Source of the DNA: Bilabrum cf. latius
Taxonomy: Eukaryota
Direction: 5' to 3'
DNA: 64,000 nt
Assembly: GCA_965178125.1 (NCBI GenBank)
Contig: OZ237756.1
Span: forward strand, 806,001 to 870,000
Below the pieces are notes generated by a model, which saw only the letters and a list, made by a program, of their open reading frames with translations, was not told where the DNA came from and did not search any database. The position numbers and the translations under genes are program-made. Below, one piece after another: positions 33,607 to 46,641 of this stretch. Positions within the stretch are counted from its first letter, which is position 1; each line of letters starts with the position of its first letter.

Positions 33607-36600
33607 TTTGAGTGCGTGTGTGGGCCTCCCCTGTGGATGGTGGAGATGATGCCTGACCCGAAATCGGTGTGCAATGACATCGGGGATGATGACGTTGGTA
33701 GTAGTGACGATGCGGAGGAAGGTGTACCGTCCGCTGGCGCCGCCCCCTTGCGGCCCCGCAAGGCACAGATGGTGGGCATGGAGCTGCTGCAGAGGCGCAT
33801 GTGCGACCATCTGGAATACCTGGAGAATGATGAGCCGGGATCTATGTCTGATGATGTGCTTGTGCAGCTGTCCAGCGACATCGCGGATGGCGTGCATCAC
33901 CTGCTGCAGCATGGGGTGGTGCACCGTGTCCTGAAGCTGGACAACGTGATGTGGGACTCGAAGGGGGGTCCGGAGGGCGTGGGTCGTGCGGTGCTGACCG
34001 GCCTGGGGTGCTCGCTGCGCGTGCATGTGGAGGAAAAAATATCACTGTTAGCTGATCCCGCTGCTGCCACTGCTGCTGGTAGTTGTGTCAGCATATCGTC
34101 CCCGTGTGTAGAGGAGGCACTGGATCGGGTCACGTATCGGTACCTAAAGGATAATGGTGACGGGCTTGGCGGCAATCAGGCACATCTGGCCCCTGAGGTG
34201 CTTGACGGGTGGAACAGGGGGGCGGCAGGAGACGACACAGCCGAGGTACCATTTGGAAAGCAGGCCTCGTGGGAGCTGGGTGTGCTGCTGCACGAGCTGG
34301 CCACGGGAGGGCAGCACCCGTTCGGCGACTCGTATCCTGGTGAACTGCAAGAGGGCACCAAGACTAAACCAGGAGAGCTGGCAGCTGCATTGCATGCATG
34401 TGTGGCGCCGATGGCAGGTCAGGATATGCTATCTAAACGTCCTGGATGGTATGTTATGATCATCCGTGACCTGCTTTGCATCGATCCCGGGGACAGGATG
34501 GGAGTGCAGGAGGCCATGGATATGTTGCAATCTGGCGGAGACTCACTTAGAGGACCATCTCCAGATGCTGACGTCAGCGCCCTGCTGCCTGCGTTGCTTG
34601 CCGGGGGCGAGGAGTGCGAATCAGCGGTGGTCAGGATCAGGGCGCTGGTGGATGGACTGCAATCAAAGGGGGACTGGGATGGGGTGTACCGAGTGCTTTA
34701 GCAGCTGGGGGTCGAGTCGGGACTCAACCAAGCCAATGATGCAGATACAAGTGCCCATCAGCTGCTCGAAGATGTCAGAACCGCCGTCTCGGATCACGTG
34801 CTATCAAACACAGGCGAGCTGGAGAGGATCGTGAAGTGCCTCGGCTTGGATAGGAGGATGGACCCCGAGATGGGAGCACTGTTGATATGGCGCGCATGTT
34901 TTAGAAACAAAAGAGCACGGCGGATCCCGTTTGCTGAAGCGGGTGCAATCGCAGGGGTGGTCGGCCTGCTTGGATCTAGAAAGGGTAGGGTGGCCGAGAT
35001 TGCGGCGCGGGAGCTGTCGAGTATGGCTGTCGAATCCGAAGGCCTGAAGCAGGCTGTTGTAGATGCAGGTGCGCTGCCTGGGCTGGTGGGCCTGCTTGGA
35101 TCCAGCAAGGGCTTGGAGGCCGAGACGGCGGCTTGGGCACTGCTTAATATCGCAGCTGGATCCGATGGCGTGAGGCAGGCTATAGTGGATGCAGGTGCGC
35201 TGCCTGGGCTGGTGGGCTTGCTTGGATCCAGCAAGAGCTTGGAGGCTGAGAAAGTTGCATGGGCGCTTCAAAACATTGCCGGTGCGTCCAATAGCCTGAA
35301 GCGGGTTGTAATTGCTGCAGGTGCACTACCTGGGCTGGTTGGCCTGCTTGGATCCAACAAGGGCTTGGAGGCCGAGAGAGCGGCATGGGCACTGCTTAAT
35401 ATCGCAGCTGGATCGGAGGGCCTGAAGCAGGCTGTAGTAGATGCAGGTGCGCTGCCTGGGCTGGTGGGCCTGCTTGGATCCAGCAAGGGCTTGGAGGCAT
35501 AGAGAGCGGCATGTGCGCTTCTTAATATCGCAGCAGGATCGGAGGGTATGCGGCAGGCTGTAGTAGATGCAGGTGCGCTGCCCGGGCTGGTGGGCCTGCT
35601 TGGATCCAGCAAGGGCGAGGAGGCCGAGAGAGCGGCATGGGCACTGCTTAATATCGCAGCTGGATCGGAGGGCCTGAAGCAGGCTGTAGTAGATGCAGGT
35701 GCGCTGCCTGGGCTGGTGGGCCTGCTTGGATCCAGCAAGGGCGAGGAGGCCGAGAAAGCTGCATGTGCGCTTCTTAATATCGCAGCAGGATCGGAGGGTA
35801 TGCGGCAGGCTGTAGTAGATGCAGGTGCGCTGCCCGGGCTGGTGGGCCTGCTTGGATCCAGCAAAGGCGAGGAGGCTGTGATTGCGGTGAGGGCCCTTTT
35901 GAATATCTCTGTTGGATCCGATGGCCTGAGGCATGCTGTAGTGTATGCAGGTGCGCTGCCCGGGCTGGTGGGCCTGCTTAGATCTAGCAAAGGGGAGGAG
36001 GCCGAGAGAGCTGCATGGGCGCTTCAATACATTGCCGGTGCGTCCAATAGCCTGAAGCGGGCTGTAATTGATGCAGGAGCGCTGCCTGGGCTGGTTGGCC
36101 TGCTTGGATCCAGCAAGGGTGAGGAGGCATAGAGAACGGCATGTGCGCTTCTTAATATCGCAGCAGGATCGGAGGGTATGAGGCAGGCCGTGGTAGATGC
36201 AGGTGCGTTGCCCGGTCTGGTGTGCCTGCTTGGATCCAGCAAGGGTTTGGAGGCCGAGAGAGCGGCATGGGCACTGCTTAATATCGCAGCTGGATCGGAG
36301 GGCCTGAAGCAGGCTGTAGTAGATGCAGGTGCGCTGCCTGGGCTGGTTGGCTTGCTTGGATCCAGCAAGGGCGAGGAGGCCGAGAAAGCTGCATGGGCGC
36401 TTCAAAACATTGCCAGTGCGTCCAATAGCCTGAGGCAGGCTGTAGTGGATGCAGGTGCGCTGCCCGGGCTGGTGGACCTGCTTGGATCTAGCAAAGGCGA
36501 GGAGGCTGAGAATGTGACATGTGCGCTTCTTAATATTGCAGCTGGATCGAAGGACCTGAAGCAGGCCGTGGTGGATGCAGGTGCGTTGCCCGGACTGGTG

Positions 36601-36801
36601 GTGTTGCTGTGTTTAAGCAAAGGCGAGGAGGCTACAACTGCGGTGGAAGCACTGCGTTGTATCTCTTGCGGATCGGAGGGCCTGAAGCAGGCTATAGTGG
36701 ATGCAGGTGCGTTGGGCCCACTGAGGCAGCTGAGGGACTCTATCACAGGACCAACTCGCACGAGGGTACGAGCGGCTCTGCTGGTTTTGGGCGAGGCGTG
36801 A
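33607..36801 (+). CDS. Kinase-like (pseudokinase) C-lobe plus long armadillo-repeat array; terminal exon, upstream exons not identified
   Basis: HRVLKLDNV, LTGLG, HLAPEV, SWELGVLLHEL; about 15 ARM repeats; four track ORFs joined by TAG; pyrimidine-rich intron-like sequence ending CAG at 33606. Confidence 0.8.
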
Positions 36802-36949
36802 TCTTCGGTATAAGTCCATGGATATCCAATGTATCTTGGGGAAGCTAGCTGATCCGGGATCGGGCCCTTGTCAAGGTGCTTGTACTGCCCTTACCTGTAG
36901 TATAAGGTTCTGAACACATGATGAGGCTACTGGTAGTACAGGCGTGGAC

Positions 36950-38580
36950 CAGGGCTGCGCGTTATTAAGGGCTCCTTAATAACGTGGATTTTCGCCAGCG
37001 GAGGCCTTAATAACGGAAGTCACTTTGTCGCCTCAATAGCCCATGATAATGGTTGAGAATAGTAAATATAGTTTAAATAGTTTTTAGTTTATTCGTATGG
37101 GCGGTTGTAATATCAATATTGCTATTATTTAGCCAGTATGAGCGTGCTACAATTCAAACCTTTAACGTCGAACCCACGCAGGTCGGCACCAGGCCAAGAA
37201 AAGGCAGATATCGCCGCCAAAGTCTAGCTTAATAGCAAGATCAAGAGATGCTTACTCAAAATAGCCGGCTGGTATTCGTAAATACCACGAGGTTAGGAGT
37301 GCAGCTGAGCTACTACTGAAGCTAGGTGCAGGGCTCCTTTTGGGTGCAAGACTGTGTGGCCCGACCGGACATTACTTTAATGTACTCCACAATGTTACCG
37401 ATATTGATACAACATCCAGTGCGAAGGAGCTTGAGGCGCGATTAATGCGTCTGCTGATGCAGCACGACGATCTGCCCATGCTTGCACTTGGGCGCACCAA
37501 CACCTTCTCAGACAGCCCAGAAGCAAAGGCCATGGCGTCTTGTTTGCGGACTCAGCGTGCTAGAACTATACTGATGTGGATAATGAAGGTAAATCACGCT
37601 ATATCTGCGGTATTGAAGAGGATGAATTCGGATGCATCATCGTCGGCTGCTCGGGTCTTGGGCAAGGCATGGCTCGAGAAGAACAAGTGGTGGATGCTGC
37701 CAAACACCGCCGTTGGCTATGTGTTTTTATTACTGAAGATGGGCTGGTGCTGATGGATTCGTACGAAGCTCAGGCATACCACAGGCGTGAGCTTCTCCGA
37801 CCGAAGCAGACGCAAGAGCATCTGCTGGGTAGATCTAGGCAGGCCGCAATGACGCCCTTAAGGTTAACAAGGATCTCGCACCAGGAATAACCATCGGACA
37901 GGCTGCAGGTGACGGTACATGTTTGTTCAATTCGCTTGCGCAGCTGCTTCCTGAGGGCCCGACCACCTCATAGCCTTGTAGGTTGCGCAAGGCCATCGTT
38001 GACGAGGTCAAAAAGGGCATGGGCGACGGCGTCAGAGGAGGCTCGACAGTTCTCGGGGAGATGTTGCAGACACCTGACGGCACGGAAAAGATGCTGATCT
38101 TGTAGTAGTACGTGAACAGCGTGCGCAAGGACGGTGTGTGGGGTGGTCAAATCGAAGTAATGGCTGCAGCGAGGGCCTGATGGGTACTTCTACTCGGTAC
38201 ATGCCCCCTCCTCATCCCGTCAAGTGGTCGCCATACACTTAATGGGCTCCTATTACAGCCCGTGCCATGCAAGCTATGTGGTTCTGCGAGCCTTGGTCGT
38301 CGAGCACGAGTGAAGGGTGTCATGGCTTCTTGTGGCTATCCGGCAAGCGTCACAGCCTGGATAACTACCAGAATGTATTGCTTTGTAGTATACTAAGATG
38401 TTGTTTATAGTATGTGGCCTATATATCATGCATAGCTCCCAATATATGGACGAAATGAAGAAGATCCAAGGACCCGATCTTAATAACGTGGATTATTTTG
38501 AAAATCTTCTTAATCACCGGCTTAATCACGGATATTGGGTCCCGGTATTAAGGTTTTGGCCTTAATAACGCACAGCCCTG
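36950..38580. mobile_element. Non-autonomous/decayed hAT-superfamily DNA transposon (1631 bp)
   Basis: TIRs CAGGGCTGCGCGTTATTAAGG / CCTTAATAACGCACAGCCCTG; 8-bp TSD GCGTGGAC (36942-49, 38581-88); single GCGTGGAC at the paralogous empty site 23428-35. Confidence 0.92.
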
Positions 38581-41058
38581 GCGTGGACGGACAAGAAGAG
38601 GAGGGTGACGATGGATATCATTGGAGGTCTTCAGGTGCGTGACATGGCTTGCGTCGGGGCAGGAGAAAGTGAATTGCAGGGTGCGGCGGGAGGGGCCGTA
38701 GGTCCAGCTCCGAGCGCATGCGGTGGCTGTGGGTGCTTGGTCTGGTGGAGTGCTGAGCGGTCAGTTCGCGTGGTTCCGTAGGTGGCGAAGGTGGAGCGGG
38801 CCCGTTGGGAGGCCGCCCGCCGGTCCTCGTCCTCGTCTAGGGGACACACGGGGGGCAGCTTCAGCGGTGGGAGGTCCTCGGGGGGCGGAGGGGGCGGGTG
38901 GTAAACTAGAGCTGTCGAGTCCACCCTTCTCGATCGGATCCGAGTGCCTGACAGGGTGAATTCCCTAGCTCGGATTCATCACTCGTGGAACCTGCGGCCA
39001 TCGGATGCTCTAATCGATTCTGAGCTTAGGTAAGTGTCATGGGGTCGGCCAATCCCTGGTCCGACGGATGTCTCGGGCTGGGTGCGGAACGAAAAACTTA
39101 AGGCAACATCCGGATCTGATCCTGACAGTCTTGAGTCATGACGACCATTTCGATTGATTCTGAGTAGCCTGACGTATCCTGCGGCAACTTGTCTGGTTCT
39201 CAAACACCACCAAATGAGGGTTATAATTCATTAAATCCGGATCAACGGCGGCTCATATCCCCTGCATTGAGCACGTCCCAGTCGGCCGGCTCTGGATTCG
39301 ACTGATGCACCCAGGTTGGGATCCCACCCTTCAGACTTCTAGCGATCCCTTCGTGCACCATGGCCGATCCACACCCTGTCTTCCCACTGGATTCGTACTT
39401 TGGGATGGGTCTCACAATCGAAGTCGGCACGCTGCTGCTAGGCCTGCTCTGGGTTTCAGCTAAGTAACTGGCGGATACAGCTCTATCGGCAGGTGCATAC
39501 GCCTGGTGGTCGCTAGGTGCTTCATGGTTCAAGATCCCAGCCCTCTGAGCTCCACCATCGAAGCTACGACTGCTTCTGGTGCTTCTCCTTGTTGTCCACA
39601 TCTGATGAGTGCCGCTGGCAGAGTGCTCTGTTGGTGGGAGTGGCTGCCGACTTGCAGGTGACGAGCCATCGCGAGCCTGCGCCACAGTCCATGATACGGT
39701 GCTGCCGGTGGATGCCGATGCTGTCATCCCTGGCGCGGGAAGTGACCCCCACTCGTCACACTAATTGCCTGCTCCCTTTTCTCCTGTCTCGGGCACACTC
39801 GGCCAACTGCTTGCGTCACCAGGTGCCCCCCGATGCGTGCTGTGTTCACGTATGTCTGCAGAAGCTTGCAGACGATGTGAGGCATGGCCAGGAGTATGAC
39901 CAGGGGCATGGCGAGGGGCAGGTGTGACGAGCCCGTGCGGCAGATGGTACCCTGCAGGTGCGCCAAGCAGACCGGTTGCGATGTACTACGGCGGCAACCA
40001 CTGGGTTTGATTCTTCTCCGCTCGCCTACGCTGCCCCCGACCTCTGTCTGCTCCGACTTGATGTCCTATGCCTGCGTCTACTACTTCACCGGCGGCACTG
40101 GAAATAAAAGCACCGCTGCCAGCATTGCTGGCAGTTGCATTTGTGGCGCTGCTGCCCGGGGCTTTTGGTGGACCACATCCCTGCTAATCTGCACCTACAT
40201 ACATTCGAAGTATCCGCAGCGCATAAAAACCTAACTCTATTCTGGCTTCATGAGAGTATCCGGGGAGTGGGCTCCTGAATAAGGACTGGAGCGCCCAAGT
40301 GCGAGTGCGTACGTCACGGTTCATTGCCAAGCCTGCCACGACACTAGAATCTACACCACACTACTCCAGCTTGCTGATGACATAAGATAATAAAATACGA
40401 GCTGGTTTAGACTCCAATCTTCGTACTTGACGCAGGAATAGTCTGTACAACACCCGGTCTATTCGTCCCATGACTTGTCAGGCGCTTGATACTTCCGTTC
40501 CACTGTGGCGCACAAACACGCTAATATGATGTACGTTGGCCAAGTCCGTCACGGATGGTTGGTACAGAGTGCGGCTGGCCACACTACCGACTGGCCGTGT
40601 CAGGCAATCGTTGCAAACCAAAGTGCTCCGTCGAAATACAACTACAGTGCTGCTAATGCGCAGCAACGCGATTGTATTCTTAGTTGTTTTTTTTGGCTAC
40701 ACAGTGCGGATTTTTGCCGTGAACGAACGAAGAAATCTTTATTTTCGAGCCCAACATTCGATACCTGGGAGCAGTTCCGGTTTGAGCGCAGCGACTCCCG
40801 ATCGGAGCCTGATGAGGTGAGCGCGGTCAGCCTGAGCGCTACCTTCGACTCGCCTGACGTTGTAACAGCAACACGTGGGCGCTTAAGCTATCCAAAACCC
40901 AGAGCCATTAATACATTAAGTCTATTTTTAGAGGAATAAGGTCATCTCGGACACCTCAAAGGCACCATTTGTCGCCTGACGGTACGGCCCGTGCTCTGCA
41001 GTCTCGCGGTGACGATCCGACTTTGCTCGGCAACTGCGGGCAGGACGGCCACATTACC

Positions 41059-44000
41059 ATGCAATCATCGCCTTTTAACCTTACACCACATGGATCTGAC
41101 CCCCGAGTATCTCGGAAAGGGATTATGCGGGGAAGAGTTGGAACAGGCGCTTCAGCTTCGTAAGAGTTGATTGTGTTGTAATATTGCGGCCAAACTTCGT
41201 CACCAGTCCCCGGCAAGAGACACATAGCTAGACGTGTCATATTTACAGATTGTTTGCACCGCAGGTAGCAGCAAGTGCAAGCTCTTCGCCCGAAACGGTC
41301 GAGCCGCTGGCACTCGGCGGCTCAATCTGCCATTGCCGGTCTCAAATCGAGCGTCAGCGGCCCGAAGCGATTTGATGCAGCAGCACAAAGCAAAGTTCAA
41401 TCACCACCAGATGCGTTGGACAAGCTTCTTGGACTGGATCAGCGTCTTTCTCCAATTTAGCGCATGCCGCCGCCTTCTTCCAACGGGGACGAGAACCGGA
41501 TTAGGCGGATTCCCAGCCTGGTGATCCATGAACAGTACAGGCAGCAACGGATGGACATAAACCGTACCGTTCAAAACGCGCGCGCCCGAGCGTCGCCAGT
41601 AGAACGTGTCGTGCCTACCACCACGGAAGAGACGACCGTGCATGATGGAAGCGGACCAGCCAGCAGCGAGCTGGCACCCATGGCATCGCACTCATCACAC
41701 TCTTCTCCATCAAATCGCCTCACAATTTCAACCGACGCGGCCGGGTCATTCCCAGAACTACCATCCTCCGCTGCATCACCGATGGCCGGAGCAGGTGGCG
41801 GCAGGGGCAGCGGCAGTCGTGGGAACAGGGTCTCCCCACTGGTGGGCGCAGGGGCAGTAGCTCTCGCATTCGCCTCGTCCTCCTCACCCCCGTCCTTGTC
41901 GTCGTCGAGGCACTCGTCACACTCATCGCCGACGTCTCCCTCTGTTGGTTCGGTGGCAGTCGGCCGGTCAGCTCGACTGCACCGGGGGCGCTCATTTGGG
42001 CACAGCAGCAGCAGCAGCAGAGGGGGAGGGGGAGGGGGCGCCAAGTAGACGCCCGGAGCAGCCGCAAACAGGCCGCCGCCACACGCCCACAGAAAGGCAT
42101 CATCGCCTCTAGCGCGGCCGATCGCTCGCCCTGAACCTGGCTCGGCGCAAGAATGGATGGTCGCAGAGGGCGAAGTGCCGCCCCTTGTCACTCGTCACAC
42201 CGATGCGGGCCGACTGACGGGACGAGCATCCAGCGGGTCCGTGGCCGTAGTCGGTGGAAGGAAGAAAAAGCCGACCGGTGCACTCTCAGTGCGTGAGAAA
42301 CTCAGGCGCGCGGTGGGTGGAATCATCAAGACCAAGCGGAGAGCCAGGGGGGGAGACAGCTACATGCAGTGGTGCGAGGATTCATCGCTGGCGGCGTTTG
42401 TGGCGGCGCAGGCCGCCAGCCAGCTTCGGCCGGAGCCAACTCTACTCAGGGCACAGCAAATGGCCAGCTCAACGACCTCCGACGGCCGCACGAGCACGAG
42501 CGGAGCCAATCGCACTTCCACCAGTACCAGTACCAGTGACAGCGACAACAGGAAACCAAAGAGGCGATCCAAAGGCAAGTCCGCGGTGGTAGAGGTTAAA
42601 GAGCGCTGTGGATCGATCGGCTCGGTGGGGGGCGGTACGTCTACCAAGGTACACGCTACAAAGCACAAGAAACCCTCGGCGGCTCTCGAACTCCGGCACT
42701 TCGAGATGGGCTCCAAGCGATCGTCCGCGCTAGCGTAGGCCCTCAAGTCTGCCTCCAGCAGCCTCCGCGCTGCAGTCCTCAGCGGCAACAGGCTAAACGC
42801 CGCTGACGTCATCGATCTCAGTCAGGGGCTGCTGGAGCACAAGAGGCTGAAAGAGCTGGATCTGTCCCGAAATGACTTGAGCGAAAGCTCGCGAAGCCTT
42901 GTGGGCGTGGTTGAGATGGCAAAGAGGGCGAGCAGCGGTGCCAGCGGAATCCCATCCTCTGTAGGGGAGGCAATCGGCAGGGTGATCAAGGCTTGCCCAA
43001 AGCTGGTTCTAGTCAGGTTGCAACGGTGCGGCCTGTCTGCACGGGCGGTAGGGCATGTTTGCTCCGCTGCGGCTTCATCCAAATCGCTCAAGCTGCTCGA
43101 CTTCAGAGGCAACTCGATCGGTCGGCATTTCATGAGCGCGTCGGGCGAAGCAGAGCTACGGGCTGCGTTTGCCCACCTGGGTACGTGCAAGCGCCTCAAG
43201 TACCTGGATCTATCGAGCAATGAGATTCAGGGCGCGCAGTGGACTGGCATGATTCGAGCGTGGTACGATGCCCCATCGCTTCGAGAGCTCGACATTTCTG
43301 GCAACATGCTGGACGTGCAGTCATGCTGCGCCCTGGCAAGAGGGCTCAACAGTGGCGCAATGCGGCTCAGGTCAATTGCGATGGTTAGCTGTGCTCTAGA
43401 TGAAGGCCTATCTGTAATAGTAGCATCGGGCGTGGCCGGCTCCAGGTCGCTCAAGAGAGTCACGCTTGACGGGAACAGGGTGGGTTCCCTTGCCGCGGCT
43501 GGCCTTCTGCTGTGGTCACTCGAGGACCCAGGGAACAAGCCCAGGCTAGTGAGTCTGCTGGACTGCGGTGTGACGAACGCGGTCAAGGAGTCGAGCCAGC
43601 TCTGGTGGATCCCGCCACCGCCCAGCTCCACCATGCCGCTCCCAGGACTGGGCGAGTACAAGACCGCATCTGGAGTGGATGTCGACGATCCTGTGGGCCC
43701 TTACGAGCTGTGCCTGGCCCATCCCGTGCAGCGAGCCATGGCAAGGCTGCTGGCCATGATTTGTTCCATTTGGGAGCCCTACACGGTGGAGCAAGTAGAG
43801 TTCTTGGATCGATCGAAGGACGGGGCAGGGACACCTGCAGGGATCAAAGAGGCACTCGAGTCCGTAGCTGCCGGTGAGGGTGCTGGTGAGGGTGCTGGTG
43901 CACCCGTCCGACAGGCATCCATCACTTCCGACCGTGCCCGGATCGATTCGATCCTGAGTCGCACCGAGCTATCGGAGCCCATCGCGAGTCTCGACACACA

Positions 44001-46641
44001 GTAGTAGCTGCTGAATGGCCTGCAGCGGGCTCGTGCCAGCGTTTCATCGAGCGGTGGAGCTGCGCCCAAGCTCAAGATCGGTCCGGTGGTGCGGGTCACT
44101 GTCGGCTGCACGCCCAAATACTCGGGTCACGGGGCGGAAGAGTCCCCGCAGTGCAGTGCACCCCACGTGGACTACGTGCTGAGCGCCCTCGAGACGATCG
44201 TGGAGGCGAGCTGCTTCACGGAGGAGGAACGAGCGTGGGCGGCGGGGATGGTGTGCAGGGCGGCACTCTTCACCACGGAGCAGGCGAAGCGTCTGCTCGA
44301 AATCGTCACGATGTCAGAGACCGACAAGGTGCCCTGGAAACAGGGGTCCGGGCCCAAGCGGACCATGGCATCCGCGCCCTCTCGCAGCACTCACGGAGCG
44401 TATCGGCTGCAGATGCTCCGCCAGCTCTGCTCGAGGGTGAGCGGCGCCGCCGGCGGGTTTGCACTCCTGCACGAAGTTTGTTCCCTGGACGAGAGGCGGG
44501 CACTGTACAGCAGCCTGGGCTAGCTGATCGCCTTCTAGCCGGGCAATGGCACGGGAAGGTACAGGCTTCGGCTGGCCAACAGGAACGACACCGCTCTGCT
44601 GGACCTGCTGATCGGCTGCGACACGCTCTGCAGGCGATGGAGGCAGGAGCAACCGCCCGGCCACGTCTGCTTTGACACTAGTCAGTACGGCGACGGATCC
44701 TGTTTTAGGAATGTTCTGCTCGACGGCAGGCCCTACCGCATGCCGGCTTGCTGCACCACAGAGCAGATCGAGGCGGCTGGAAGCGAGCTGCAGTTCGACT
44801 TCGTGAACATCTCCAGGCCGAGGAGGGATGCGCCCGTGTTCGACGACGTGCAGTCGCTCGAGCTGTTTGCTGGTCTGCATGCTCTGCTGCAGTGCGATGC
44901 ATCTAAGGAGCAGCTGAACCTCGCCCTGGTTAGGGCGCACAACGTCATCCGGTCCGGGGCCCCCGTTGGCACGACGACGTTGGCAGCCGGCCATGGAGCC
45001 GGAGGAGCAGCTGCTGCTGGCTCTCACTGGGACGGTGGCATCGGCCTAACGGTATCATCCACGGCGACGACTGTTGGCTAGTCATCCCGCGCTGCCGAAG
45101 ATACGACCGCTCTGCTTGAGGACCCCGTGTCCATCCGTCGATTTGACTTGCTCGCGTCTCTGCCAGCACCCCAGCTCATATCCGAGTAGCAGGCTGGGCT
45201 GATCAAGGGATGGTACGACGTATACCACGAATCAGAGGACAGGGGAACGCAGTTTAGCAAGCTAAAGGAGATGCTTCCTTGCACGGTGCAGCACAGGCAA
45301 GATGCTGTGCGGTACCTGAAGCGGCTTTCGGCTTCACGGGAGCGGTTTCAGTCGCACTCAAGCAGTACATCAACGGAGAGCCAGGGGCCTAGAGCCTACA
45401 AGCAGTACGCATTTAAGCAATTTCACGCCCCCGTATCCAGGTTCGAGCTATCGTCGGGTATGGGGCCAGTAGACCCTGCATCCAGGGTACGCAGGGGCAG
45501 CACCAGTGGCAGCGGTAGCTCGCGAGGCAGGAGTGCATCCTCGCCTTCTTTATTGACGCAGCCGTTTGAATTTCCCGCATCGTTTGGAAGGCGGCCGGCT
45601 GCAGGATCTTCTGGACCAGCAACTGGGGGTGCCGGGTCACACTGTGTGGACGACGCACCCACCGAGTCTTGGATGCGATCTTGTAATGCGCTTGTGTTCC
45701 TGAAGCAGGCCATTGGACAGTATTACCTGAGTGATGATCAGGTGAGGAATACCTACGGTTGGCATTTAAGCCGATAGCGTTGCTCTCGGGCTGTATAAAG
45801 GCTGTACCTGACATGTCCGCGGCATGCACACCGCTGCACCGACCGCGACCATCATGCAGCATTTTTGGTACTCATTCCCTCCAATATCACCCTACTGATT
45901 TTGTGAGCACTCTCTTGCGGTTTCTCTCGCAGCTTTTAGGAATCCTCCGCTGCTTCCCGGAGGCCGATGTCCAAGTCGAGGCAGCAGTGACCGCGTTCAG
46001 CAGAATGCACGACATGCGAAGGTGAGGCAAATGAGCATAACATCATGCTGAGACTTTAGTATATTTTAGAACTTAATTTTGCTAGACTTGCGCTCCCTAC
46101 TCGCCCCAAATGCAGCTTTGCAACAACCGCGAAGCAAGTGCTCCAAACCGAGTAGCATAGGCTCAACCTCTTCAGGCGGATCGGCTGGCTGAACATGGTG
46201 AATCCAGACAGCCCAGATCACTTCTATGATTTCGATTTGTCGGATCATGAGGCGCATCGCGTTGCAACGATCATGACCGTGCTGGCCGTGGCTGAGCCAG
46301 GCGAAGATTTCGTGGATGAGGTGTACGGCAGACCAGAGCCCGTCATCGGCTGGGAACTCCCCATGTCGTGGTACATGGAAGACCCTCCTCACCAAGGCAA
46401 GCTTCAGTTTAGGTTCAACGACGAGACCCAGGACGACAACACGGACTGGAAGTGCCGTGCGAGCATGCGGAGGCATTTCCTCGTCTTCAACAACTGGAGT
46501 GGGGAGGACCCTGCGAAGATCGAGAGCGGGTACAAAGACATGGGGGGAATGCCTCTGTGCGGTGCAGACAATGCGTTCGTCACACCGGAAGGCGAGTTCA
46601 CGAGGGCACTACCGAAAGGGGCGGCGGGCACGCAGATCTGA
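41059..46641 (+). CDS. Large RNI-like leucine-rich-repeat protein; three predicted introns (41160-41264, ~45742-45932, ~46022-46115)
   Basis: LRRs LKELDLSRNDL, LKYLDLSSNEI, LRELDISGNML; seven track ORFs in one frame joined by TAG; GT..CAG introns; repeated Y.L.L....R..A..L motif. Confidence 0.78.

Noticed and set aside
35500-36132. TAG = Glu, based on two ARM-repeat TAGs aligning to GAG
   Set aside because: Both probably derive from one duplicated repeat variant; the catalytic Gln position and Gln runs favour Gln. Needs a genome-wide test.
38960-40950. Possible gene or TE remnant
   Set aside because: No consistent frame, motif or terminal repeat that I could support.
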